A DNA stretch of 64,000 nucleotides from the human T2T-CHM13v2.0 reference genome, Homo sapiens, in the NCBI RefSeq assembly GCF_009914755.1, contig NC_060938.1. One strand, given 5' to 3'. Shown piece after piece: positions 47,525 through 63,614 of this stretch (within the stretch, counting starts at the first letter, position 1; every line of letters begins with the position of its first letter). Position numbers and translations under genes: made by a program. The notes under the pieces are model-generated. The model did not search any database, was not told where the DNA came from, and worked only from the letters and a program-made list of their open reading frames with translations.

Positions 47525-48520
47525 ATATATCCATCCATCTATTCATCTGTCCATCCATATAGCCATCCATCCACCCATTCACCTACCCATCCATCCATGC
47601 ATCCACTCATCCACCTACCCACCCATCTACCCATCCACCCACCCATCTACCCATCCACCCACCTATCCATCTATCCATCTATACGTCCACCCACCCATCC
47701 GTCATCCATCCATGCATCCATCTACTCATCCAACCACCTACCCACCCACGTATTCACCCACCCACCCATCCACATATTCAGCTACCCATCCACATTTCCA
47801 TCTACCTATCCACCTATCCATCCATCTACCCACCAATCCATCATTCATCCATCCATTAACCCATCCACCCATCCATTCACCCATCCATCTATGCACTCAT
47901 CCACCCATCCACATATTCACCCAGCCATCCACATAACCATCTACCCATCCATCCATCCACCCACCCATTCACCCATCCATCCATCCATCCACCCACCCAT
48001 TCACCCACCCATCCATCCATGCATCCACTCATCCACCTAACCACCCACCCATCCATCCGTCCACTCATCTGTCCACCCACCTGCCCATCCACATATTCGC
48101 CCACACACCCACATATTCATCCACCCATCCACATATCCATCTACCCATCCCCCTACCCATCCACTTATTCACTCACCCACCAATCCACATATTCGCCCAC
48201 CCTCCACATATTCATTCACCCATCCACATATCCATATACCCACCCACCTACCCATCCACCCACCCACCCACCCACATATTCACCACCCACCCATCCACAT
48301 ATTCGCCCATCCACCCACCCACATATTCACTCATGCACCCATCCACATATTTGCCCACCCTCCACATATTCATCTACCCATCCACATATCCATCTACCCA
48401 TCCACCCACCTACGCAATCACACACCCATTCATCTACCATCCATCCATCCACCCGTCCACCCATCCACTCATCCACTCGCCCATCTACCCTTCCACTCAT
48501 CCACCCACCCATTTATCCAT
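47525..48520. repeat. Degenerate (CCAT/CCAC)n simple repeat, ~1 kb
   Basis: Almost G-free tract of CCAT/CCAC/TCAT/CCACATAT units. Confidence 0.95.
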
Positions 48521-49771
48521 GCCAAACACATGGGCTGTGGTGTAGGACAAGACAAGTAAGGCTGATAGCCTTGTGTGAATGAATGAATGCCTCATTCTGC
48601 ATCCCACATTTTGGGACTTCTACCTCATCAGGACTTTGTGGGCCTTCTTCCTTGGTTTCCCCAAGGAAGGGAAGCTCTCAGCATGCACACAGAAGAACCA
48701 CAGGCACGGTGGCTGAGCAGGAAAAGGGCAGGGACATCCTTGGGCCAGCAGCCCTCTCCTATGGACTTGCGTCCCCCACCCCAATCCTGCCATGGCCTCC
48801 TGGGATCCTTCTTCCTGTTCCCAGAAGCCTAGGGGATTTGGGTGAGAAACAGAGAAGTTCTCGAGGCCAGAGAGCATGTCAATTCTGGGCTACTTCAAGT
48901 ATTTGGAGGACAAGCCAAAGTACAAAAAAAGTTCATAACGGCGCTAAACAGTTCCTAGATTCTGACCAAGGCTGCCTGCATCCAGCCCTTTTGTCAGACT
49001 TGAGTAGGCAGAGCCCCCCAGCCCACCTCTGGCCCCATAGAGAGGGCAGAGGGCACACTGTCCCTCCTGGCAGCCCTGTCTGACCACGGCAGTGTCACAC
49101 CTTGCCCATGGCAGCTCCAGGGGCCAGAGGACAAACCCACACCACGCTGTGCACACCAGCAAGGGGGGTGGGTGGCACGGGCACATCCCTGCACCTCTCC
49201 CTGCCCTACTTCAATAGTCAGGGTGTGGGAGGTCACAGCACCTAGGACAGCCAGCCTTGCAGGTGTTTGCCTCTGGCATCTAGATGACCTTGGGGCTCTC
49301 CAGCGAGGGCAGGGGTTTCCACCTTTCAACAGCCTGGACACTTCATCTCAATGGATCTGGGTCCCAGGGCAGAGGGGCAAGGGTGAGGTGGTGTTTCTGA
49401 GTTTCTCTGGCTTAGCCCTCCTGGCTTAGTGGGGTGGTGGTGCAGAGGTACCTGATCACCTCAACCTCTGTGGTGCAGGTGGGGAGGGAGACTGAGCCCT
49501 GACAGAGCTCAGAGATGCTTAGGGTGGGAGGTGGGGGTTCCCAGAATCCCCAGACTCTTGGGAACTTAAGTTGCTAGAATCTAAGAAAACTAACACAAAG
49601 TGGAGTAAAAAGAGCAGTTTGGAGGCTGGATTTGGGGCCCAGTTCTGCCTCTGACTGGCTGGAAACCCTGGGCAAGTCACCTAACCTCTCTGGCTTGCAG
49701 AAGTGAAGACATCAAGTTAGATTGGCAGTTTTCAAACTGTCTGGATGCTCTCGTATTCTGCAGTGGTGGCT

Positions 49772-50446
<675 letters not shown>

Positions 50447-51659
50447 CATGGGGCAGGATGAGAGATGGAGCTGGGCCCTGCCTTCCAGTGTTTCGTAGTT
50501 CAGGTGAGCAAGCCATTCTGTGTTCGACAGAAAGCCTGCAAGTTGGATTCTGTGCACCTTGGGACCTTCAAATTCTCTCAGCCTGTTCCACGTGCTGCAG
50601 TTTAGCAAAGGATGGGCCATGGGGTCTTACTTTCCTTGCAGCAGGCGTGTGGGGCAGGAGACATCAGGGACTTGTGCAAGGAAGGGCCTGAGTGCCAGCT
50701 TGCTGGGACCCCCGCCCCCTTTCTAGCCTCTCTCTTGTGTTCCCACTCCCCCCACCCCCTGCCCCTGTGAAGTCATGGGACAGACAGGTGACCCAGGCAG
50801 CTGCTGGGCACCTTGCTGGAGCCAGCCCAGAATCTTAACCTCTGCTAAAATCCTGGCTAGGCTGGTCCCAAAAGTGCCCTCTTGGACCCCTTTGCCCATG
50901 TCCCTTCCCTAGTCTGCCTGACAGCTGGCCATGCCGGGCTGGTGTCTTTCCAGGGGCAGTGGGTTTTTCCAATCAACGCATTCGCCCCAGAGAGAAAAGC
51001 CTGCTCCAGAACTCACGGTAGGGCCGCCTGCCACCTAGTGGCCCTGGCAGGCATTTCATGGCCCCAAGTCAAAGAGGAAGGCTGGCAGAGAGAGAGGCCT
51101 CACGAAGAAGTCGGACTCCAGCACGCAAGAGTGCAGCAGTAGGGCGTGGCTGCTCCCCTTTCACCTGCGAGGGTGAGACACCCCCAGAGCACCTCCCTGA
51201 GGCCTCATAGCCACCATGCGTTATTCACACATTCCGAAGCCCTGTACTTTACACATACTCATTTCCTTTTCACAACTTTATGATGTTTGCAGATAAGGAA
51301 ACTGAGGCATAGAGAGGCCATTAGCTCACCTGAATTACAGGGCTGGCTGCTACGGAGCAAAGACCTAGATCCTGTTCTCTGACTCCAAAACTGAAGGTTT
51401 GCAGTCAGCACACTGCACTCACCTCTTCCATTCCCAGCCAGGAAGACATAAGCCAGACAGGAAACAGGACGACTGAGGGATGCCAGGTAGAGGACGTGGA
51501 CTTGGGGCAGCAAGGGCTGGGGGCACCAGAGCCGACTTCCTGGCCTGGGGCTTTAAACCTAACTTAAAATGGAGATACGTAAGTGGTTTAGTGGTTCTTC
51601 TCTTATTAGGGACACCAAGGCAACCTCTGTGGTAGCTTTAATTTAGTTTTTTCAAAAAA

Positions 51660-52020
<361 letters not shown>

Positions 52021-52124
52021 TAAACCCTTTTATCTTACCCACCCCCGCCTCACCACCTACTGGACCAGGGTGTGAACTTGTCCCATATTGGTTGTAGAAC
52101 TGGTGGAGATGTGTGGGCCAGCTT

Positions 52125-52650
52125 CACCCAATGTAACAGCTAGGAATGCTTTGGGCTGCACGTAACTCACAAAAGTAACTAATAGTGGTTTAAGTCAGAG
52201 CAAGGAATTGGTTTGTCTCTTGCATCAAGAAGTCCAGGCGAAGCACCTAGTAAGGATGGCATTTTGCATCCAGGGAACTATGGGCCCAGCTCTTTCCATC
52301 TTTTCTTAGCATGTGGGGCCTTTGGCTTTGTGTCTGTCACCTGTGATCAGAAGACAGCTGCAGTGCCCCCAGTAATGCGTCTGGGTTCCAGGCAGAAGGA
52401 AGGGTGACAGGCAGAAACCCAAAGGGATACATCCACTGAGTCTGTCTCTTTCAAAGGCTTTCCTGGAAGCCCCACCCAGCCTTCCACTTATATCTAAGGG
52501 GCCACAGCAGAGTCTCCTGCCTCTACCCAAGCTGCAAGGGAGTCAGGGAAGTGAGCATTTCAGTTGATGTTACTTCCCCAAATAAAAGCACAGTTCAATT
52601 AGGTAGAAGGGGCAGACGCGATTTGAGTGGGGCACTAGCAGAATCTGCCT
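52125..52650. mobile_element. Old MLT1(J/K)-like LTR
   Basis: ttgggctgcacgtaac...agctgcaagggagtcagggaagtgagcattt motifs. Confidence 0.5.
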
Positions 52651-52667
52651 CATGTCAAAAATCATCA

Positions 52668-53190
<523 letters not shown>

Positions 53191-53371
53191 TTACCAAAGT
53201 TAGTATTTCTCAAACCTTTTAACCAAAGTCCCAAACAAGCTCAGGAGAATGAATTTGTAAGCATCGTGTAAAATATTGCCTTTTATCTTAAAAGTTCATG
53301 AAAATTTTGCAGTCTGAAGTATCTCAAAGCTTAAATTACTTTAGGAAACATTGTGTATTAAGAATATGTGT

Positions 53372-53510
53372 GAGGCCAAGGCAGGAGGATCACCTGAGGC
53401 CAGAAGTTCAAACCAACATGGGCAACATAGCTAGACCCCGTCTCTATAGAAAATGTAAAAATCAGCCTACAATCGCTTGAGCCCAGGAGTTGGAGGCTCC
53501 AGTGAGCTAT
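53372..53510 (+). mobile_element. Internally deleted Alu fragment
   Basis: Partial left arm joined to partial right arm. Confidence 0.75.
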
Positions 53511-53684
53511 GTGTGAATTAACTTAAGAAATGGATACATAAATGATTCAAATTTTATACTTATTTAAAATCTTTAAAAATTGCATGTAATAGTATAACCA
53601 TAATTAAAATTTCCTCTCTTCTTAAAAATTATTTTTAGAATAGATAATGCATTCACATGGCTCAAAATTCTAAAGCATATCAAA

Positions 53685-54388
<704 letters not shown>

Positions 54389-54777
54389 GTGATACACACA
54401 CAGTGAGAAGTCTCCTGCCCACCCTGTCTCCTGGCCACCCCTTTCCCCACACTGAGGTTTCTGTTTCTTGTGTATCCTTTAAATTTTTTATTGTTTTAAA
54501 AATCATTTTTTAAATAAGCAAGAGTTTCGTCCCCAAGGGGAGCCAGTGAAAAGTTTTGAGCAGGGCCCAGACAGCTCAGGGCTGGACTCTAGGAAACTTT
54601 CTGAGGCTGGAGGGTGGGCGTGGGGTTGAGCTCAGCTGTTGAAGCAGGTGTTTGCAGATGTGCCTCAAGCAGAGGTGGTGGGCGGGGCTTGGAGGAGGTG
54701 GGTGGGGCAGGCCAAGCTCCTTGCCTCTGGTGGGCGGAGGCGGTCCTGGCTCAGATTCCACACCCTTGTCCACGCAG

Positions 54778-54941
54778 GTTCCTACTATCTGACCACCACC
54801 TACGGGGCCCTGGAGCACATCAAGAGCTACGACAAGATCACGGTGACCCGGCAGCTGAGTGTGGAGGTGCAGGACTCCATCCACCGCTGGGAGCGCCGGC
54901 GTACTCTCAACAAGGCCCGGGCCTCCCGCTCCTCCGTACAG
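54778..54941 (+). CDS. RIN3: RIN3 coding exon 9 (164 nt), VPS9 C-terminus (GSYYLTTTYGALEHI...SSVQ)
   Basis: Acceptor cacgcag|GT, donor ACAG|gtgagg; splicing rebuilds the VPS9 GE-x-x-YYLT motif. Confidence 0.97.
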
Positions 54942-56833
54942 GTGAGGCCTGAGAGCGGGAGGGGCCCGGTGGGGCCATGTCCCAGACACCATCCCTGCTG
55001 CCTGCTGGCTAAGGAGCCGTGACATCACCTGGCTGCTCCAGCCGCCCAGCCCTGCCTTAGGGGAGCAGTGAGACTCCCCACACCAGAGGAAGGGCCCCCA
55101 GCCCCTGCTGCCAGTGTGTGTCCAGGACTTGGGTGCGTCTAGAAACATATCAGCAGGCATTGGTGTTCTCCCTGGGCAAGCAGGAAGGGTGCAGGAGGAA
55201 TGAGACACACCCATCATTCCTTAGCCCCTCCTAGGACCCAGCACCCTGCAGGGGCTGGAGATGGGGACTTGTCATCCCAGTCCCTGCTTTAAGGAGCCCA
55301 CAGGCTCATCTACAGCCTTGCTCCTTAGTCCCTGGACAAATGCAGCAGCTGCCAAGGGTCTGCGTAACCCCCACCAACCCAGTGGCCCACCCCTCCCCAT
55401 ACCTCTCTCTATACAGACTCAGTATTCAAACCAGTCCCGCCCCTCCCCAACTCCATCACCCCACCCACCCCCAGGCTGCATCAAATCCAGCTGCCCCCAG
55501 TTCCCCAAACATGCCCAGCCCAGTTCACTGGCTGCTCAACCGCTGCCCTCACTGGTCAATCTCCCCTTCTTCACTGGCTGTCACTGCCCATCCTTTAAGA
55601 CGACTCAGTTTCTCCAACAGCCCCTCCTCCGAGAAGCCTTCCCTGATACACACACACACCGTTTCGCACAGGCTGGGTGGGGTGCCCTCCTCTGGGCTTC
55701 CTGCGGCCTCCCCTTTTACAGTGCATATCACATCCTATCATCCTCTGCATATGAAGCTGTCACCTCTGGGAGGGCACAGCCCATGGTTCACATGCCTCAG
55801 GGGCGCCAAGCCCAGGGCCTGGGACAGAGCAGGACTGGGTGTGTAAAAAAGGGTGAGAGTTGGACTAGTGAGCCAGGCACATCCAGAGCTGTGAGCAGCT
55901 ATGCAGACTCACTCCTCTGACACCCAGAGCAGACCAGTCCTGAGCCACACTCCTGGCTTTCAAGATGGTGCATCTATAATAAGCAGAGCCCAGGCCTGGG
56001 AGACAGGAGGCTTGAGTTCTGGCCCCAGCCCTGTACTAGCTTGCTGTGTGACCCTCAGCAATCCCTGCCCCACTCTGGGACTCAGTTTTCCTGCCCACAC
56101 AGGCTGACTATGGCTAATCAATTTAATAACTGACTCTCTGGGGAGAAAACAAAAGCTCTGATTTTAGCTTCTGTCCATTTCCATGGTGTGAGTCCTCCAT
56201 GGCCAACTTCAACTTGGCATCACTGAATGTGGAGTTGGAAAGAAGTGTATGCAGTCGGCTCTCCCTGGCGGGTGTGAGCCAGCTCCAGCACACCTCTGTT
56301 CCCATCCCCTCCCAACACCCCGGACTCCCACAGACTGTAGGGACATGGACACTCTTGGTCCAAGCCTGGCCCAGGCATCCCGTACTTCCTGCTTCTACCT
56401 TAGGGGTTCCTGATGCTGAGCCAGGCAGAGTATGGATGAAACGGACCACCCACTGTTTGGGAGACGGAAGCTTCGGAGGGGGGTCCCCTCAGCACCACAT
56501 CTGGGATCTGGGGAGGGCACCACCCTCTGCCCCCTCCCAGTGCCTCCTCCGCACACCATGCCTTGGGGGGTGGGCACCCTTCCCTGGGGAGGGGAAGCCC
56601 AGAGCTGGACAGTCACTAGCAGGTGGATAGTGCCCTGGGAGGCCTAATGGAGGACAAGGAGCCCTGAGGCAGCCACTAAGACGGAGGGAGTGGGCCGGGC
56701 TTTTCCCCTCCTGGAAGAAATGGGCGGTCCCCGTGAAGCTCTTGACAGGAGCCCGGCCTCGCCTAAGCCCTAGCCACCAGTTGCCATCACGGTCTCCGCC
56801 GAGCCGGGATCCTCAGCCGCTTCCCGCGCAGGC

Positions 56834-56867
56834 CTGCTGTTCCCAATCCGGCCACAAGGGGGCAGCC
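56834..56867 (+). promoter_or_regulatory. Candidate CTCF site (core plus upstream module)
   Basis: GGCCACAAGGGGGCAGC resembles the core CCASYAGRKGGCRS; CTGCTGTTCC just upstream resembles the upstream module. Confidence 0.6.
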
Positions 56868-57716
56868 CCGCGCGCAGCCTCTCTGCCTGCAGCCCTGAGC
56901 CCCGGGGAAGGCGAGGCCGCTCCGGGCCGGAGCTTCCAGCGCCTGCTCGCCCATTTATGGGAGGCGGGCGCTATCCCCACTTTGCAGCCGGGGCTCGACG
57001 AATCAAGGCCACACAGGCAGTGGGAGCAAAGGCAAAGCCCGGCAGGTGTGGGGCTGGGTCCCTAGGGGTGGAGGACGGCGGGCGGGCGCCCTGCTCGTGC
57101 TGCGAGTGCCCAGCCCCAGCCCGCAGGCGTCGCCTCGCCTTGCCCGCCCTGCTCATGCCGGGCCTTCCCCACCCGACTGCGCCCAGCCTCCTTCACCCGG
57201 TCCCCTCCCGCTTTACCAATCCCTGCCCCACGCAGCTCCTCAGAGCCCCAGGGCTCTTGCAGCCCTAAGGGGCTGGACTGTGTTGCCCGCCCGCACTATG
57301 GGATGCCCGGGCGGGCTCGCACCTCCCTTCTTATCTGTGCTGCCCTCCGTGCCCAGCATTGCGCCTGGGGTGCAGGGAACTCACCTGGAGGGAGGGAGGG
57401 AGGGAATGAATGAATGAATGAATGATGGGGAGCCTGTGGACCAGCAGCCAGGGGACGCGCCGGCTCCTCTTTGCAGGGACTCCGAGACGCGCCTTAATTC
57501 ATCTCCCAGAACTGTCGGCCCAGCTGGGAAGCCAGGCAGGGAGGGGGACGGGCCCCCCGCAGGCTCGCGGCAGAGACGGGAAAGGCGCAGGTGCCGGACT
57601 CGCAGACAGCTTGGCGCCCGCCACCCGCTATCCATCCAGGGAGGGGCCTGGGCCGGGAGAGGGCGCCTGAGGAGACAGGGCCCCGCCGTGACCACAGGCC
57701 CCTCGCGTCTCCGCAG

Positions 57717-58040
57717 GACTTCATCTGCGTGTCGTACCTGGAGCCCGAGCAGCAGGCGCGGACGCTGGCGTCGCGGGCGGACACCCAGGCCCAGGCGCTG
57801 TGCGCGCAGTGCGCGGAGAAGTTCGCGGTGGAGCGGCCGCAGGCGCACCGGCTGTTCGTGCTGGTGGACGGGCGCTGCTTCCAGCTGGCGGACGACGCGC
57901 TGCCGCACTGCATCAAGGGCTACCTGCTGCGCAGCGAGCCCAAGCGCGACTTCCACTTTGTCTACCGGCCCCTGGACGGTGGTGGCGGCGGCGGCGGGAG
58001 CCCGCCCTGCCTGGTGGTGCGGGAGCCCAACTTCCTGTGA
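57717..58040 (+). CDS. RIN3: RIN3 terminal coding exon 10: Ras-association domain, poly-Gly, stop TGA
   Basis: Acceptor tctccgcag|GAC; translates DFICVSYLEPEQ...VVREPNFL*. Confidence 0.97.
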   Translation, partial: DFICVSYLEPEQQARTLASRADTQAQALCAQCAEKFAVERPQAHRLFVLVDGRCFQLADDALPHCIKGYLLRSEPKRDFHFVYRPLDGGGGGGGSPPCLVVREPNFL

Positions 58041-58785
58041 GGCCCTCCCGGGGCGCCTCCCCTCACCCCCAGGCGCACGTCTGGCCCCGCCTCTGGCTGC
58101 GCACTCCCGACCGCGACGTCCACGCAGCAGAGGGACATGGGCCATTCCATGACGTGCCCAGGCCAACGTCGCAGGACAGTTGTGAAAATAACATGACGCT
58201 CGTCCAAGGCCACTTCCTGAGGGCAAGTCCTAATAGCCCTGAGACACCGAGACGGCATGTTCTTCATTAGACGGAAAGGGAAACTGAGGCTCAGGAGAGA
58301 GGCGCTCCAGGCCGCTGCAGCCAACAAACCGGCGCCCTCTTCACACGTAGCTCCTCAGGCCATTCCCCATGAGTCCCCCACACCCACCCCATCCTCGGTC
58401 TTTGCAAAGAAGGGCCCGAGCTTAGTTTCCCCAGGACTGGCCTAGGAAGGAGCACCGGCCACAGCTGCTCCCCGTGCCACTCAGGGTGGACCCAGCATCT
58501 CAGGAGCACCTCAGGGTGTCGGTTAAGAGACAGGCCTCCACCCCTGCACCAGAGCCTGCTCTTAGCTCCCGGTGCCCCCAGACCCCGCAGCTCTGTGCCC
58601 GGCAAGAAGCAGCTAGACACACGCCAGGGCGCCAAGCACGGCCAGCTCCGCGGACCCATGGACAAGCCCAGCCCCGCCTCAGGGAAAACAGGGCCTTTCC
58701 CTACAGGACACGCCCCAGAGCTGTGGCAGATTGCAGGAGCCATCGTGTGGGGAGAATTTAATAAAAGCCCTTTTGAAAATGACAT
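58041..58785 (+). other. RIN3: RIN3 3' UTR (end approximate)
   Basis: Between the stop codon and about 20 nt past AATAAA; contains a MIR-core remnant near 58260-58300. Confidence 0.75.
58760..58765 (+). terminator. Polyadenylation signal AATAAA
   Basis: First AATAAA after the stop codon, followed by CA and T-rich sequence. Confidence 0.8.
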
Positions 58786-59094
58786 CTTTTCTGAAGGGGC
58801 TGGAGCTCTGCACAGCCAGCCCCGCATTCACAGCCTCACCTCCTTCCCGGGTGGCTTCAGAAGACCCCCTCTTTGCCATGGGGATCCTGTCCTCTGCCAG
58901 AACCTGTGGCATACTCTCAGCCACCCTCAGCACCCTCAGCCCTTGGGACCCTGGCCCCTGTCGGCCCGTCAGCCTCCCACCATCCTTGGCTCCCGTCATC
59001 CCCAGCTTAGGATCAGAACCATCTGTCACCTCTCCCAGGGATACCATTGCCTGTAGTATTTGCCTGGTCAACTCCTATCCAACCTCCTCCAGGA

Positions 59095-59096
<2 letters not shown>

Positions 59097-59130
<34 letters not shown>

Positions 59131-59331
59131 CGGGGTCTCATCTTGTTCTGCTGCCCTGGAGGGAGTACAGTTGTGTGATCAGGGCTCACTGCAGCCTCCA
59201 TCTCCTGGGCTCAGGAAGTCCTCCCACCTCAGCCCCCCAAGTAGCTGGGACTACAGGCTGGTGCCACCACACCTGGCTAATTTTTGGTATTTTCTGTAGA
59301 GATGGGGTTTCACCATGTTGCCCAGGCTGGT
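59097..59331 (-). mobile_element. Truncated Alu with long poly-T
   Basis: TSD aggaagc. Confidence 0.85.
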
Positions 59332-59455
59332 AGGAAGCCTTTCCTAATTCCCCAGGTTGGGCCAGACAGTCCTCCCATGGTCTGTCTGGCCCAACCATGC
59401 TCCCACAGCCCCCTGGACTTGTCTGTCTCACAAGAGAGAGACCATCAAATTGTAA

Positions 59456-59854
<399 letters not shown>

Positions 59855-60600
59855 TGATTGGAAGTAGGTACTCATGAGTGCTTCCCACAGGTCAGCGCTT
59901 TGCGAGGCCCTGAGAACCAGCGCAGAGCTCATGTGGAGCACCAGCATGAGTGGCCCTGAGCTGGGCATCCAGGTAATGGCAGCTGGAATGGGCTGAGTTA
60001 AATTCCTGGGCACCAACCAGCTCACTCAGCCAGTCAACAAACACCTGTTAGACTCTGGACCTGGGCCAGCACGATGGGAGCTGCAAGGTGTGGTGCCAGA
60101 TGCATCCTGGTCCTGGAGGTTGGCGTCACCAATGTTGAATAAAAGGCAAATACCCAGATGGTGAGGACACCCAGCCATGATCCCAGATTGCCCCCCACCA
60201 CCCTCACCCCAATCCCTGCCAATGCAGACAGCACTCTTCCTCTGCTTCCAAGCTCCCGTCGGTCCTGGGCTGGCCTGGGCAACACAGCCTCATTCCCCAG
60301 CTCTCAGGCCAGCAGCACCCTGCCACCTGCTGGGCCTATGCAGTCTCACAGGTGCTGGCAGATGTCCATACATTCTTCAAAACCCATCTTCAGGCTCATA
60401 AGCCTGGTGGGAAAGGTTAGGGGATTTTGTTTCCCCAACCACCCTGTGGGCCAGGTATGGCCCAGGCTTGGGGTGGAGCTGGGGTTCAGAGGGTAAATGA
60501 GGCACCTGCCCTGCTCTGGGTTCTGATGCCTGCTTCCCAGGAAGGGGACAGAGCTTGCCAGTGGGCCGGACTGAGGGAGCCGCTGTAAGAACGTTTATAT

Positions 60601-60793
60601 GTGTGCATGCATGTGTGAATGTGTGTTTGCGCGTGTGTGCCAGGCCCTCCATCCTGAGGCCAATGCTGGAATTCACCTGTCAGGAGAGGCCGGCGAGCCC
60701 TCGTGAGCCCCCAGAGAGCAGGAGAGGGGTTATCTGGAGCACTTGTCATCTGGATGCCTCTGCCCCCAGGGAGCTGCGACTGGGAAAATTGGG
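60601..60793 (+). repeat. Arm 1 of a ~200-bp inverted duplication (donor copy)
   Basis: Reverse complement of 61577-61792, about 90% identical by hand alignment. Confidence 0.9.
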
Positions 60794-60945
60794 GGGCCTG
60801 ACCCAAGGCCAGGAGACAACATAATGTGAGCTTCAGGAGTACCTGGCCCTGGTTAGCGATTACTCTGCATCATTTTATTTAATCCACAAAACAGCCTCTT
60901 GGAGGGAGGTATTTATGGATGAAGTCATAAAGGCCCAAAGAAAGA

Positions 60946-61859
<914 letters not shown>

Positions 61860-63614
61860 GGGGGGACTTGTCCTACCCATTTCATGCGAACAAAATGAGT
61901 CTGACCCTAAACCTGCGGCTCTCTAGCCTGCCCCCATGCCGCATCCCAAGTGATATATCTGTAGAAAGCCAAAGTCGGACAAGCCTTGGCTGTCAAATCC
62001 CAGTTCTTGGGGACCCTGCCTGAGGCAGTGGCCATTGTGACCTGACTGATGGGCCCAGGATGCAACTAATGAGCCCGGGCATCCCCACAGCCCCAAACAA
62101 GGGCTGAGGAGTCCACAGCTGGGCGTGTGTGTGTCCAAGGGTGACCTGGCCACAGGCCATCATGCATGGCGGGGTCTGTCTGTGGCTCCTCCCTGGCATT
62201 TGTCCCTCTCCCCATGGCCGGCTGGCTCCCTCCTTCCTGCACTTTTAGAGTGCACAGCCTCTGGGTGAGACTGGGCCAGCGGTGCTGGGAGAAGCCACCC
62301 AGGGTTTTCAGAGAGAGACCAGGCGTGCCTGGCCCTGTGCCTCCCCATCCCCTTGGCCCTCCCAGGTGGCTGGGCACAATGTCCTGCCTGCCATGAAATG
62401 TCCCAAACTGACACTGAAGAGGCCTGGCCTGGGATGGCCCCACAATCCTTTAATGGGGTGTATTGCCTTCGCCCCAGGAATGAGCAAGTTTCTTCTGTCA
62501 GGGTCAGACCCACAGGTGAGGTGGGTAGAGAGGAACAGAGACCCAGGGGCAGGGGGCAGCCAGAGAAGCAGTGGGGGGGGTCCCCTGGGTGCTGCATAGA
62601 CACCCCTTCCCCCACCCCACATACACTCACAGATGAGCCTGCCCTCCCCACTCATCAGGGCAAAGCTGGGCACACATTTGCGAGTCTGGTTGCCAGGTAC
62701 CCGCTCAGCTGGCTGGGATCCAGGGCTCAGAGGGCTCATTGGTGGAGGAGAGGAAGCAGCTGTGGCTGGCAGCAGGCCTTACCTTCACAGGAAGGTCACA
62801 TGGAGAAGGGCTTTGGAGAGAAAAGTGCCACCTCCCAGTGGTAGCTTTTCTCCTCCCCAGTTTGCTGGGAAATGCTGGCTTCCAGGAAAGCTGTACCAGA
62901 ACCTCCTCTTTGCAGCCCACACAGCCCTAAGCCAGCAGGAAACTGAAATGTTTGTCTTCAGGGTCAGAAAACCTACTCAGCAGTACAGTGGGAAGAACTG
63001 AACTAGAGCCAGAAGACCTGGGCTCCAGCCCAGCTGCAAACCCTGTGCACGTCCTTAATAGCTTCATGCCTCTGTTTCCCCATTCTTAAAATGAGAATGC
63101 ATATTCTATCCTAACCTTCCAGGTTTGTTGCAGGGATCCTCCAAGTTCCTGGGTGGGGGCAGGTACGGGAAGTCTCGGATCTTCTTGAAAAGGTAAATCA
63201 ATTCAAGGCTAGCCCATATGGGCACAGAGGGTGTTCACTGCCAAAGTTGCATGGCTGAGGGGACAAGTGGAGCTGAAATTCAGTCTATGTGCCACTTGTC
63301 AGAGCCTACACCCTGTCTTGGGCCCACGTCCACTCAGAGGAAGGGACATCTTTTCCAAATCTGTAGGAAGGAATTTTTATGGTCTAGAGTGAGAACAAGA
63401 CTCAAACCTGGGGGTTGCTGAGCCGTGGGGCTACTTCCAGTTCAATGTGACCAGCAGAAGGCACAGTACTTTACAGGTCCTGCAGAATGGAGGGCGTGTA
63501 ACCAGCCTGGAGCAAGGAAAGAGGGCGTCCTGCAGACAGGGGTGCCTGCGCTAGGTTTTGAAGGATAACAGGTTGGCCAGAGCAGACAGGAACAGAAGAA
63601 CCCCTTCTAGACTA

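Larger units (their letters stand above)
56690..58260. promoter_or_regulatory. Intragenic 3' CpG island over the last intron and exon of RIN3
   Basis: Very high GC and CpG density (many CGCG, GCGC, CCGG) compared with the CpG-depleted flanks. Confidence 0.85.

Noticed and set aside
47597-48582. His/Pro-rich ORFs
   Set aside because: Translation of the (CCAT/CCAC)n simple repeat
55261-55920. 219-aa intronic ORF
   Set aside because: No recognisable domain, partly L2-like degenerate sequence, and no splice support
57381-58327. Several long overlapping ORFs (281, 244, 156 aa) around the last exon
   Set aside because: CpG-island composition suppresses stop codons; only the spliced frame matches RIN3
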